Shown piece by piece: positions 38,863 to 49,450 of a DNA stretch of 64,000 bases. The first letter of the stretch is position 1, and the number at the start of each line of letters is the position of its first letter. The DNA comes from an uncultured Verrucomicrobiae bacterium (GTDB lineage: Bacteria > Verrucomicrobiota > Verrucomicrobiia > Limisphaerales > Palsa-1400): assembly GCA_963707025.1 (NCBI GenBank), contig CAVPOM010000013.1, positions 1 to 64,000 on the forward strand, given 5' to 3'. The notes beneath the pieces are model-generated. The model searched no databases. It saw only the letters and a list, made by a program, of their open reading frames with translations, and had not been told where the DNA came from. Made by a program: the position numbers and the translations under genes.

Positions 38863-41067
38863 ATGAAAATCAAACTGTTTTTACTATTGACCACGCTGGC
38901 GGCCGGTCTGGCCGTCCCGCATCGGGCCGCTGCCCAGGGCACGGCCTTTACTTATCAAAGCCGGCTCAATGACGGCGGCGCGCCGGCCAATGGCAGCTAC
39001 GACCTGCAATTCATGCTCTACGATGCCAGTGCCGGCGGCAGCCAGGCCGGGCCGGCTCTGACCAATAGCGCGACGGCGGTGAGCAATGGCTTGTTCACGG
39101 TGACGCTGGATTTCGGGGCGGGCGTGTTCACCGGCACCAATTACTGGCTGGATGTTTCCGTGCGCACCAACGGCGCGAGTGCGTTCACCGAATTGAGTCC
39201 GCGCCAGGAATTGACGCCCGTGCCCTACGCCATCTTTGCCAACACCTCCAGCAACCTGTCCGGCACGGTGAGCGTGGCCCAGTTGAACGGCACGCTGACC
39301 AATGGCCAACTGGCCCACTCGGCCGTCACGGTGGATGCCGGTCCGGGTTTGAGCGGTGGCGGCAGGGTGACTTTGGGGAACACGATAACGCTGACCAATA
39401 CCGGGGTGCTCTCGGTCACCGGCAACGCGGACATCACCGCCATGACGGTGGGCGGTGCGGTGACGCTGGGCAGCACGGCCACCAGCGCCGACACCGCCAA
39501 CGCCATCGTCAGTCGCGACGGCAGCGGAAACTTTTCCGCCGCGACCATCTCGCTCGACGGCAACTTGAACCTGCCGGCCACGTCGGCGACCACCGGCATC
39601 ATTTATTCCGGGGGCGCCCCGCTGATTCATGCCTATGGTTCGCAAAACTTCTTCGCTGGTCCGGGCGCGGGGAATCTGACGATGAGCGGTCACGCGAACA
39701 CGGCCAATGGCTATGTGGCGCTGATCGCCGACACGGGCGGCTCCGACAACACCGCCGATGGCGCGTTTGCGCTATTCAAGAATACGGCCGGTTCCTATAA
39801 CACGGCCAATGGCGCTTATGCACTTTACTCCAACACGAACGGCAGCTACAACGCGGCCAGCGGCTATCAGGCGCTTTTCTTGAACACGGGCGGCTCCGCC
39901 AACACGGCCAATGGCTACGCTGCACTGGATTCCAACACGACCGGCAACAACAACTCGGCCAATGGCGCTTATGCGCTGGCCTCCAACACAAACGGCTCCG
40001 GCAACACGGCCAATGGCTACGCTGCACTGGATTCCAACACGACCGGCAACAACAACTCGGCCAATGGCGCTTATGCGCTGGCCTCCAACACAAACGGCTC
40101 CGGCAACACGGCCAACGGTTATCACGCACTTTACTTGAACACAAGCGGCAGCGATAACGTGGCCAACGGCAGGGCTGCGTTATACAACAACACGATCGGC
40201 TCCTTCAACACGGCGTGTGGCGTCCAGGCGCTTAACTTCAACACCAATGGCATCTACAACACGGCGGACGGCTACCAGGCGCTGTTTTCGAATACTGGCG
40301 GCGATGCTTTGTTCGAGTTGGGCTCTTTAAACACGGCTGTTGGCAACCAGGCGCTTTTTTCCAACACGATGGGCCAAGGGAACACGGCGGTTGGCTACCA
40401 GGCGCTGTTTTCAAACATGGGCGCCTATTTTCTCGGCTACAACAACACTGCCGTTGGCGAATCGGCGCTCTATAACAACACCAGCGGCGCGGATAACACC
40501 GCGCTGGGTGCTGCTGCCGGCGCTAACATCACCGGCAATTTCAACATTGACATTTCCAACGTAGGCACCACCAACGACAATGGCGTTATCCGCATCGGCG
40601 AGCAGGGAACGCAGACCACGGCCTACATCGCCGGCATTTGGAACGTCACCCTGCCCGGCGCGGAAGGGACCCCCGTCTATATTGACGGCAGCGGCCAGCT
40701 CGGCACGGCCACGTCGTCAAAACGGTTCAAGGAGGACATCCAAACCATGGCCGGGGTGAGCGAGGCGATTTATGGCTTGCGGCCGGTGACGTTCAAATAC
40801 AAAGCGGCGATTGATCCCAAAGGCGGGCCGGAATTTGGACTGATCGCCGAGGAGGTGGCCCAGGTGGACCCGAACCTGGTCGTGCGCGACCGGCAAGGGG
40901 AGATTTATACCGTCCGCTACGAAGCTGTCAACGCCATGATGCTGAACGAATTCCTGAAGGAACATCGCAAGGTGGAGGAACAAAGCGCGGAGATTCAGCA
41001 GTTGAGTCAAAGCGTGCAGGAATTGAAGGCGATGGTGGCACGGCTGGCGCAAGGTCAAACGAAGTGA
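38863..41067 (+). CDS. Paralogous secreted repeat protein with S74/ICA chaperone
   Basis: Same N-domain; 17-aa repeats; SSKRFKEDI..FGLIAEEV. Confidence 0.9.
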   Translation: MKIKLFLLLTTLAAGLAVPHRAAAQGTAFTYQSRLNDGGAPANGSYDLQFMLYDASAGGSQAGPALTNSATAVSNGLFTVTLDFGAGVFTGTNYWLDVSVRTNGASAFTELSPRQELTPVPYAIFANTSSNLSGTVSVAQLNGTLTNGQLAHSAVTVDAGPGLSGGGRVTLGNTITLTNTGVLSVTGNADITAMTVGGAVTLGSTATSADTANAIVSRDGSGNFSAATISLDGNLNLPATSATTGIIYSGGAPLIHAYGSQNFFAGPGAGNLTMSGHANTANGYVALIADTGGSDNTADGAFALFKNTAGSYNTANGAYALYSNTNGSYNAASGYQALFLNTGGSANTANGYAALDSNTTGNNNSANGAYALASNTNGSGNTANGYAALDSNTTGNNNSANGAYALASNTNGSGNTANGYHALYLNTSGSDNVANGRAALYNNTIGSFNTACGVQALNFNTNGIYNTADGYQALFSNTGGDALFELGSLNTAVGNQALFSNTMGQGNTAVGYQALFSNMGAYFLGYNNTAVGESALYNNTSGADNTALGAAAGANITGNFNIDISNVGTTNDNGVIRIGEQGTQTTAYIAGIWNVTLPGAEGTPVYIDGSGQLGTATSSKRFKEDIQTMAGVSEAIYGLRPVTFKYKAAIDPKGGPEFGLIAEEVAQVDPNLVVRDRQGEIYTVRYEAVNAMMLNEFLKEHRKVEEQSAEIQQLSQSVQELKAMVARLAQGQTK
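39901..40104. repeat. Exact 102-bp tandem duplication
   Basis: 39901-40002 equals 40003-40104 (each copy encodes two 17-aa units). Confidence 0.85.
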
Positions 41068-41318
41068 TGGGGGCAGACAGAATTAACCCAGCACAAAGAG
41101 GACTGAACCATGAAAATGCATGAGTATGAGCACAAGTTTTCCAACCAGCACATTTCCCATGACCAAACCGGGGCGGCGCTCCGTTGTGCCGCGCCACCGC
41201 CGGTGAAAAGTTAGGGGTGACCCCTCATCTCCTCATGCCTATAAATAGGATGTCCCCGAACTTGCGCCGTATCTGCGCGCCGCCAACCCATAACCCCCGC
41301 CCCCGCCACGCCACCAAT

Positions 41319-42446
41319 ATGAATGTGCATCTGCCGCTCTCCCTGGCCCTCGCCGCTGTCACCGGCATTTCGATTTTGCGCGCCCGCGGCCAGAGCGCGC
41401 TGCCTGCGGACACCCGGCAGGCCCTGGAAGTTCTGCGCGCGAAATACAACCTTCCCGCGCTCGCGGTGGTCGTGGTGAAGGACGGGAAAATTTGCGACCG
41501 CGCCGCCGTGGGCATCCGCAAGCAGGGCGATCCCACACCCGTGACGATCAACGACCAGTTCCACATCGGTTCCTGCACCAAGTCCATGACGGCCACCCTC
41601 GCCGCCATGTTCATCGAGGAAGGCAAGCTGCATTGGAACACGACCATCGCCGAAGTGTTCCCCGAATGGAAAGGCAGGATGCACCAGCAATACGAGGGCG
41701 TGACGGTCGAACAACTGCTGACCCATCGCGGCGGCGTTCCGACGGAAGCGCCGCCCGCCGCGTGGTCCCGCGCTTGGGAGCAGCACGGCACGCCGGCCGA
41801 GCAACGCCGTGAATTCATCCAGGCCGTCCTGGAAAAACCGCCGCAAGCCGCCCCCGGCACGAAATATATATATTCCAACCAGGGCTACGCCATCGTCGGA
41901 GCGATGCTGGAAAAGCTGGCCGGCGAACCTTGGGAAGCGTTGATCACCGAGCGCCTCTTCCAACCCTTGCAGATGACGTCCGCCGGGTTCGGGCCGCCGG
42001 GTAGAATCGGCGCGGTGGACCAGCCGTGGGGACACAGCCGCAAAGGGCTGGTCACGACCCCGTCGCAGACGGACAATCCGCCGGCCATCGCGCCCGCCGG
42101 CCGCGTCCATTGTTCGCTCGAAGACTTGGCCCGCTACACCATTTTCCACATGCAGCGCGGCCAGACCGGCGGCCTTTTGAAGCCTGAATCACTCGAAATC
42201 CTCCACACCCCGCCCGCCGGCGGCGACTACGCCTGCGGTTGGAGCGTCGTGCCGCGCGGATGGGCGGGCGGCAAGGCGCTGACGCACGCCGGGTCGAACA
42301 CGATGTGGTACGTGGTGATGTGGCTCGCGCCGGAAGAGAATTTCTCGGTCGTGGTGGGGACGAACATCGGAATGGACAACACCCAAGCCGCCAAAGGCTG
42401 CGATGATGCCGCCGCCGCCATGATCCACAAGTGGCTGCCGCAATGA
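41319..42446 (+). CDS. Beta-lactamase-family serine hydrolase
   Basis: SCTK, YSN, HAGS motifs; signal peptide. Confidence 0.9.
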   Translation: MNVHLPLSLALAAVTGISILRARGQSALPADTRQALEVLRAKYNLPALAVVVVKDGKICDRAAVGIRKQGDPTPVTINDQFHIGSCTKSMTATLAAMFIEEGKLHWNTTIAEVFPEWKGRMHQQYEGVTVEQLLTHRGGVPTEAPPAAWSRAWEQHGTPAEQRREFIQAVLEKPPQAAPGTKYIYSNQGYAIVGAMLEKLAGEPWEALITERLFQPLQMTSAGFGPPGRIGAVDQPWGHSRKGLVTTPSQTDNPPAIAPAGRVHCSLEDLARYTIFHMQRGQTGGLLKPESLEILHTPPAGGDYACGWSVVPRGWAGGKALTHAGSNTMWYVVMWLAPEENFSVVVGTNIGMDNTQAAKGCDDAAAAMIHKWLPQ

Positions 42447-42698
42447 CCGGGAACCAATCTCCCTATTCGGTCCAGACGGCCACGCCGGCGGAGGGCAGGA
42501 TTTTTGTGCCCACCAGAAGTTTCCCGTCGAGGGGGATCGGTTCTGTCTGGTCAATGCGTTGGGCGAGGGAATCGGCACATGACATGGTGGCAGTGCCAGG
42601 GCGGCGCTCCTTGTTCGAGCCATAGGCGCGAAGCCGCCAATCCGGACACCGTGGCAAAATCGGCTTGCTTGCGGCGGGATTTGTGAAAAGGTTGGCGC

Positions 42699-43436
42699 AT
42701 GGCAAAATGGCCCAAACAATTGCCGCCGCTCTCGCCGGAGGACCAGCGCGTCAACGACGATTTCATGGAGCATTGGCACGACGTGTTTCCCAACAAATAC
42801 AGCATCGCCGACAGTTGGAGCCACAGTTATCCGGCCAAGCACCGGCCCGCTCAATTCCTGCGCACCATCGAAATCGGCGCCGGGTTGGGCGAACATCTCA
42901 AATACGAAGTCCTGACCCCCGAACAGGAGCAGAATTACGTGGCGGTGGAATACCGGGAAAACATGGCCAAACGCCTGCACGAGGCCTGCCCGAAAATTCA
43001 AACCTACCTGGGCGATTGCCAGATGCGCCTGGATTTCCCGGACGGCCATTTTGACCGCGTCCTGGCCGTCCACGTCCTGGAGCATTTGCCCAACCTGCCC
43101 GCCGCCATCCGGGAGATGTACCGGCTGTGCAACAAAGCGACCGGCGTTTTCTCCATCGTCATTCCCTGCGAAGGCAGCCTGGCCTATTCGCTGGCGCGGG
43201 AGATTTCGGCCAAGCGGATTTTCCAGAAACGCTACAAGCGCCCCTATCACATCTTCATCTCGCGCGAGCACATCAACCTGCCGTGGGAGGTGCTGGGTGA
43301 AATCGCCCCCTATTTTGAAATGGTCCATTCGAGCTACTTTCCCATCCCGCTGAAATTCGAGTTCTGCAACCTGTTCATCGGCGCCAACTACAAGCCCAAG
43401 GCGCAGCCGGATCAATCACCCTCGTCCCGCCCATGA
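42699..43436 (+). CDS. Class I SAM methyltransferase
   Basis: IEIGAGLG; FDRVLAVHVLEH. Confidence 0.88.
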   Translation: MAKWPKQLPPLSPEDQRVNDDFMEHWHDVFPNKYSIADSWSHSYPAKHRPAQFLRTIEIGAGLGEHLKYEVLTPEQEQNYVAVEYRENMAKRLHEACPKIQTYLGDCQMRLDFPDGHFDRVLAVHVLEHLPNLPAAIREMYRLCNKATGVFSIVIPCEGSLAYSLAREISAKRIFQKRYKRPYHIFISREHINLPWEVLGEIAPYFEMVHSSYFPIPLKFEFCNLFIGANYKPKAQPDQSPSSRP

Positions 43437-44299
43437 TTATGACACGACGCCAGGCCATCAAAACCGCCACGCTGGCCACCGCCGCCGCCGCCACCCTCAC
43501 CCCGCGCCCCGCCGCCGCCGCCGGGGCTGCGCCGCTGGCCGGCCGCATCCGCCAATCTGTCTGCCGATGGTGCTATAAGAACATTGCGCTGGACACGCTT
43601 TGCCAGGCGGCCAAACGGATGGGGCTGCAATCGGTGGAGATTCTGCCGCTCTCCGACCTGCCCGTGCTGAAACAATACGGGCTGATCAGCGCCATGGTCA
43701 CCGGCGTGCCGGGGGACATCGCCAAGGGACTGAACCGGGTGGAGAACCACGAGGCCATCGCCGCGTTTTTCGAGAAGACCATTCCGCTGGCGGCGGCGGC
43801 GGGCTGCCCGAACCTGATCTGTTTTTCCGGCAACCGCCAGGGGATGAGCGACGAGCAGGGCCTGGACAACTGCGCGGCCGGGTTGAAACGGTTCCTGGCG
43901 CTGGCCGAGAAAAGCGGGGGCACCGTCTGCATGGAACTGCTCAACAGCAAGGTGGATCATCACGATTACATGTGTGACCATACTGCCTGGGGAGTGGAAC
44001 TTTGCCGGCGCGTCGCCTCGGAACGCTTCCAACTGCTCTACGACATTTACCACATGCAAATCATGGAAGGGGATGTCATCCGCACCATCCAGACCCAGCA
44101 CCAGTATCTCGGCCACTACCACACCGGCGGCGTGCCGGGCGGGCACGAAATTGATGAGACGCAGGAGCTCTATTATCCGGCCATTATGAACGCCATCCTG
44201 GGCACGGGGTTTAAAGGCTTCGTCGCCCAGGAATTCGTCCCGCGCGGCCCCAATCCGCTCGCTTCCCTGGAGAAATGCGTGCGGATTTGCGATGTTTGA
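43433..44299 (+). CDS. Hydroxypyruvate isomerase-like TIM barrel with Tat signal
   Basis: TRRQAIK; YDIYHMQIMEGD; HYHTGGVPG. Confidence 0.9.
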   Translation: MIMTRRQAIKTATLATAAAATLTPRPAAAAGAAPLAGRIRQSVCRWCYKNIALDTLCQAAKRMGLQSVEILPLSDLPVLKQYGLISAMVTGVPGDIAKGLNRVENHEAIAAFFEKTIPLAAAAGCPNLICFSGNRQGMSDEQGLDNCAAGLKRFLALAEKSGGTVCMELLNSKVDHHDYMCDHTAWGVELCRRVASERFQLLYDIYHMQIMEGDVIRTIQTQHQYLGHYHTGGVPGGHEIDETQELYYPAIMNAILGTGFKGFVAQEFVPRGPNPLASLEKCVRICDV

Positions 44300-44301
44300 C
44301 T

Positions 44302-44751
44302 TTAATGCCAGCCGGGAAAGCGAAGGCCGTTTCTGACGTAGTTGTAATCCGGGCCGCTCGCAGGTCCTGTAAAGGCCCCCATGGTCCCTCCCTTGGCCGC
44401 CTTCTGTCCGTCCGCGATGATGCCCGGGTCGGTCCATTTATGGGTCCCAACGTGGCCGTCAATGAAGGACCAAGTATCGCCATCCACATGGTACATGGCC
44501 GGAGGATCCTCCCACGTAAAGGAGCCGGGGGCTGCGCCGTTCAGTTGCCAGTTCACCACCCAGGTCCCGTCGTTATACCCGCGCGAATCCGTGTCCTCGA
44601 CGGCGGCAAAAGTCTCCGCCGGAGCGGTCACGTCCGCATCTTTGAAACAGCAGGTGACCACGAGCAGTTCGATCAGGGTAAAGCCCGGGGTGGCCCGGAG
44701 CCGGGCGGCCCGGCGGGGAAACAACCCGCCTCTATGGGAACGATGGGTCAC
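44302..44751 (-). pseudogene. Internally deleted prepilin-type / H-X9-DG gene
   Basis: GFTLIELLVV joined directly to the C-terminal YHVDGDTWSFIDGH. Confidence 0.65.
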
Positions 44752-44914
44752 GCCTTGAGACAATCCGCCTTCTTCCCGCGGAGTCAACCCGTCAGTTCTA
44801 ACCAGACCCCGCCAGTTCCGGCGATACGATGATTTTTCCGCGTTTTTCAGTGTTGCCAAAGGGTAGCTTCCGGCCGATGGCCAGACCATAGAACATTCGT
44901 TCTACCGGGGCGGT

Positions 44915-45739
44915 TCAGGGGTGGAGCCGGTCCAATCCGCGCCGCCCCAATTCCGCCGCCAGCAGCACCAGGGCCATCGCCGCCAGCGGCGCCAGATCCA
45001 CCCGGCCCAGGCGCAAGGGCAGCCGCTGGAGCGGACGCAACAGGCCGCGCGCCGTAGTGTTGACAAAGTTTAAAAAGGGAAAATCGCCCAGGTAAACGTA
45101 GCTGTTCAGCACATAGAGGGCGAGAAACCCCACCACGAGAAACTTCAGGGCAAAATAAACCGCCAGGCCGATGACCGCCCCCTGCGCCAGCAAATGCCAG
45201 GCCGATACCCGGGGCACCATGCCAATCCTCCAGAGCAGCAGCGGATTGAGGGCGCACCACAGGGCCATCGTCACCAGGAGCGGGAGCAGCAACTTCACCG
45301 CGCTGGGCCAGCGTTCCAGCCGCCCCAGATGCAGCCGCACCAGCCGCTGGGCCGGGTCCGCATCGGAGACCGGCGCATTGACCGACGAGAGCAGGAGCAG
45401 GCAAAGATAAAAAAAGCCCAGCGTCGCGCCGAAGCTGAAAAAGGAAAACAGCAGCATGCGCCCCGGCCAGTCGCTGTGGAACAAAAGCGCGATGGCGCTC
45501 AATCGAATGCCCGGGTCCCACTCCAGGGGCGAGCCGGCCTGCCAATAAAACAGGGCGCGGCCCAATAACAGGGCGGCCAGGGCCACCAGATACCACCAGC
45601 GCGCGCGCGGCGGGTCCGCCCGCCGGGGCAGGGCCGTGCCCGCCGCGCCCGCCGGCATCATGACTGGCGGCTGGACGGCGCGCCAGTTCAGCCAGAGCAA
45701 AAGTCCGGCCACGTTCAGAATGAAATCAATCAAACTCAT
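44915..45739 (-). CDS. YggT-like membrane protein
   Basis: Multiple TM segments; LLRPL..GRVDLAPL. Confidence 0.7.
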   Translation of the reverse strand: MSLIDFILNVAGLLLWLNWRAVQPPVMMPAGAAGTALPRRADPPRARWWYLVALAALLLGRALFYWQAGSPLEWDPGIRLSAIALLFHSDWPGRMLLFSFFSFGATLGFFYLCLLLLSSVNAPVSDADPAQRLVRLHLGRLERWPSAVKLLLPLLVTMALWCALNPLLLWRIGMVPRVSAWHLLAQGAVIGLAVYFALKFLVVGFLALYVLNSYVYLGDFPFLNFVNTTARGLLRPLQRLPLRLGRVDLAPLAAMALVLLAAELGRRGLDRLHP

Positions 45740-45811
45740 CCGTCGGCGCGCGTTGAGATGATGTAACCATGCCACGCCGCCCCTTCAATGAAAAACAAAA
45801 AAATCGCGCCT

Positions 45812-46715
45812 TTACATCATTTTCAGCAGCGTGTCCGCCATCTCGGAAGGCGTGGCGGCGACGCCGATGCCCGCTTCCTGGAACGCCGCGATTTTCGCCG
45901 CCGCCGTGCCTTTGCCGCCGCTGATGATGGCGCCCGCGTGGCCCATGCGCCGTCCCGGCGGCGCGGTCGCTCCGGCGATGAACCCGGCCACCGGCTTTTT
46001 GCAATTCTCTTGATCCACTCGGCCGCTTCCTCCTCCGCCGAGCCGCCGATTTCGCCGATCATGATGATGCCGTGCGTGTCCGGGTCGTCGTTGAACATTT
46101 GATGACGTCCAGGTGCGACGTGCCGTTGACCGGATCGCCGCCGATGCCGACGCAGGTGGATTGGCCGGCGCCGCGGCAGGTCAATTGCCAGACCGCCTCG
46201 TAGGTCAGCGTGCCGCTGCGCGAGACCACGCCGATGTGGCCTTTTTTGTGGATGTAGCCGGGCGCGATGCCGATGCGGCAGCCGCCCGTGCGAATCCTTG
46301 CCTTCGCCGGGCGTGACGACGCCGGGGCAATTCGGCCCGATCAGCCGCGTCTTGGCGTTGCCTGCATCGCGCGTTTGACTTTCACCATGTCGTTGACCGG
46401 AATGCCTTCGGTGATGCAGACGACCAGATTCCAGTCCGCGCATCCACGCCTTCGAGGATGGCGTCCGCGGCGAAGGGCGGCGGGAACGAAAATGGCGGAG
46501 GCGGTCGCGCCGGTTTGCTTCACGGCCTCGGCCACCGTGTCGAAGATCGGGACTTTTTTGCCGCCATGCTCAAAGAATTGGCCGCCCTTGCCGGGCGTGA
46601 CGCCGGCGACGACCTGCGTGCCGTAATCGATGGAGAGTTGCGCGTGCCGCGCGCCGAAACTGCCGGTGATGCCCTGGACGAGAACTTTGGTGTTGGGGGT
46701 GACGAGGATGGACAT
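45812..46715 (-). CDS. sucD: Succinyl-CoA synthetase alpha subunit (several frameshifts)
   Basis: [31 protein letters not shown] spread across frames. Confidence 0.92.
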
Positions 46716-46749
46716 GATAGATTTTTGCTTCGCGGTTGCCGGTCGTGGG

Positions 46750-47247
46750 TCAAAACATTTCTTTCTGCTGCTCCTTTTTCTCTTTGATGCCACGGAGCAA
46801 TTTCACGGCAGACAAATCCTTTTCGCGGCCGGCCGCTTCCTTGGACGCTATCAGGGCCTCAAGGCTGAGAATTCGGAATTCACCGTAAGAGGTTTGGTGG
46901 GTGATGGAACGCTGCAAAACTTGTTCGTAGTTTCCAACGCCGGACACCTCGCCCAGACAATCCAATTTCCCCAAATCGGTTTGGAGATAAACATTTTTCA
47001 GCCGGTCGCAAAGGTCATCCGTTAATTCGAGCGGCAGCTTGTTGGCGGCCAGCCGGTGGAACGGGTGCAAGTCCCTGACCGCACTTTCGAGTCGCCGCAA
47101 GTTGTCCCGGCTGAACCGGCAACAGATGTCCAAGTCGTAAGTGAGCAGCGCAACGCCGTGCAAAACACCGCAGACGCCGCCGATCACGACGAACTCGACC
47201 CCTTGGTCTTTGAGTCGCGCCAGAAGCCCTTTGTCATTCTGTGTCAT
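46750..47247 (-). CDS. Nucleotidyltransferase family protein (putative toxin)
   Basis: FVVIGG..HG..TYDLDI..LIASKEAAGREKD. Confidence 0.85.
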   Translation of the reverse strand: MTQNDKGLLARLKDQGVEFVVIGGVCGVLHGVALLTYDLDICCRFSRDNLRRLESAVRDLHPFHRLAANKLPLELTDDLCDRLKNVYLQTDLGKLDCLGEVSGVGNYEQVLQRSITHQTSYGEFRILSLEALIASKEAAGREKDLSAVKLLRGIKEKKEQQKEMF

Positions 47248-47452
47248 GCTGAATGCTGGCCTGCCGCAGTTCCAGAACAAAGTCCAGCACGCGCTGATGC
47301 TCGTCCAGCCGCTCCTCGGGAGTTTGTTTCAAGGCATCTTCAACCAGCGACATATCAAACCCGTATTCGCAAGCCGCGCGCCACGCCGGACCAGCATCCG
47401 CCGGGCAAACATAGCCGCGATTGAGTTCTTCGATGAGGGCGTCGTTGTTCAT
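47234..47452 (-). CDS. Small partner protein (putative antitoxin)
   Basis: GFDMSL..LKQTPEERL; overlaps the NTase start. Confidence 0.7.
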   Translation of the reverse strand: MNNDALIEELNRGYVCPADAGPAWRAACEYGFDMSLVEDALKQTPEERLDEHQRVLDFVLELRQASIQHDTE

Positions 47453-47832
47453 GGTTTAATTATGACGCCTTCCGCTTTTTGAATGCAAATGGTGTTGCCG
47501 TCGGGATCAAAAATCATCGCCATGTGGCAGACAGGCGTGGGCGTCGGCTCGACGCGGAATTTCACCCCCTGTGCGCGCAAATGGGCAATCGCCGCGTCGA
47601 AATCCTCCACTTCCAGCGCCACCGAGCAGCCGTCGGGACTCGGTTTGAACATTCCCGGGGCGCAGCCAAGGGCCAGCGTATGCGGCCCCAATTCATATTC
47701 CACCCACTGGCCGTGCTCGGAATTGTTGATGTGACTGGGCTTCAACCCCAGCGCCCCTTCGTAAAACTTGCGCGCCCGCGCCATGTCGGTGACGGCGTAA
47801 CAACTAAAGGCAATTTCGGCGACTTTGATCAC
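47449..47832 (-). CDS. VOC/glyoxalase family protein
   Basis: VTDMARARKFY..DPDGN. Confidence 0.9.
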   Translation of the reverse strand: MIKVAEIAFSCYAVTDMARARKFYEGALGLKPSHINNSEHGQWVEYELGPHTLALGCAPGMFKPSPDGCSVALEVEDFDAAIAHLRAQGVKFRVEPTPTPVCHMAMIFDPDGNTICIQKAEGVIIKP

Positions 47833-47835
47833 AGG

Positions 47836-48216
47836 TCATGCGGCCAAGATCGGTCCACCAGCGACAAGTTTTTTGGCGCGGGAATCCACCCGCAAATTCA
47901 TTCCTTCCAGCGATCGTGCGCCCAGGATTTCCAAGTCTCCCGCCTCGCCAAAAATAACTTCATCCGTCGTGAGCGCGTCGCCGACACGAATGATGGCGAA
48001 GCCGACAGCCCGCGTGATATGCCGGCCGTTGGCCATGACAAAGGTGTAATCCTTTTTCTCGCGCTTGACGCCGATGCTTTTCAGGGTCTCGCCGTTGATC
48101 CAGGTGAATTCCGCCTCGGAGTCCACCAGCATTTTTTGGACTTCAGCCGACTTCTTCCGGTCAACTTGGTTTTCAACGCGACCGCTCGTGTAAAATGTCC
48201 CCATACGATTTTTCAT
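47836..48216 (-). CDS. Clan AA (retropepsin-like) aspartic protease family protein
   Basis: LVDSEAEFT (degenerate DSG), [14 protein letters not shown]. Confidence 0.75.
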   Translation of the reverse strand: MKNRMGTFYTSGRVENQVDRKKSAEVQKMLVDSEAEFTWINGETLKSIGVKREKKDYTFVMANGRHITRAVGFAIIRVGDALTTDEVIFGEAGDLEILGARSLEGMNLRVDSRAKKLVAGGPILAA

Positions 48217-48228
48217 GCCGCCAATTTA

Positions 48229-49436
48229 TCATTTGCCCACGGCTTGCACAACCTTCTGCGCCGCATCCGCCATCGAATCGCCGGGGATGATGGCCACGCC
48301 GGATCCGGCCAGAGTTTGCCTGCCCGCCGCCACGTTGTTGCCTTCCAGCCGGACGACCAGCGGCAGTTGCAACCCGGTTTCCTTCACCGCCGCGACGATG
48401 CCGCCGGCGATGATGTTGCAATCCATGATGCCGCCAAAAATGTTGACCAGAATTCCTTTCACCTGCGGATCGCTCAAAATGATTTTGAACGCCGCCGCGA
48501 CCTGCTCCTGGCTGGCCCCGCCGCCCACGTCCAGAAAATTGGCCGGGTTCGCCGCCGCAATGCTGGATGATGTCCATCGTGGCCATGGCCAGGCCCGCGC
48601 CGTTGACCAGGCAGGCGATGTTGCCGTCCAGCTTGATGTAGTTGAGATGGTGTTTGCTGGCTTCGATTTCCAGCGGCGCTTCCTCCGCCAGGTCGCGCAT
48701 GGCCTGGAGGTTGGGATGGCGATAGAGCGCGTTGTCGTCCAGGCTGATTTTGGCGTCCACCGCCATGAGCGACTCCTTGCCGTCGGGACCGGTCGACGAG
48801 GCAAAGCGGATTGATTTCCACCATGCTGGCATCGCATTCCCACCAGGTCTGGTAAAGCCCGCCAAACATTTTCGCCCCCGCCCCAATCAAATCCCCCTTC
48901 AAGCCCAGCGCGGCCGCCAGCTTGCGCCCTTGAAAGGGCATCAAGCCCACGGCTGGATCCACCGCTTCTTTGATGATTTTTTTCGGATGTTTGGCCGCCA
49001 CTTCCTCGATGTCCATGCCGCCTTCCGTGCTGGCCATGACCATCGGGCGGGAGGCGGCGCGATCCAGCAGAACGGCGCCGTAAAATTCCTTCCGGATGAG
49101 CGGCGCGGCCGCGACGAGCACCCGGCTCACCAACCGCCCCTCCGGGCCGGTTTGTTTGGTGACGAGCACCTGGCCCAGCATCGCTCCGGCAATCTCAAAA
49201 ACTTGGCCGGCCGTCTGGCACAGCTTGACGCCGCCCTGGAAGCCGCTTTTGAAAGTCCCCTTGCCGCGGCCGCCGGCGTGAATCTGGGCTTTGATGGCGA
49301 GGCGGTTGTGTCCCTGGGCCAGGAGGTGGGCGGCGGCTTGTTGGGCGGCCTGGGCCGAGGCGCAAACCTCGCCCGCCGGCACCATCACGCCGTGCTGGGC
49401 CAGCAATTCTTTGGCCTGGAACTCGTGGATATTCAC
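48229..49436 (-). CDS. sucC: Succinyl-CoA synthetase beta subunit (frameshifted)
   Basis: [45 protein letters not shown] across three frames. Confidence 0.95.
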
Positions 49437-49450
49437 TGTTTAGAGTCCAT

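Noticed and set aside
38700..41067. Near-identical 3' ends of the fibre genes as a DGR TR/VR pair
   Set aside because: Both copies are coding, the differences are not adenine-specific, and no reverse transcriptase is present.
35452..41067. Prophage tail region
   Set aside because: The proteins have signal peptides and no phage structural genes lie nearby.
42463..42705. Short minus-strand ORF that looks like a gene fragment
   Set aside because: I cannot assign a family, and it has no convincing start.
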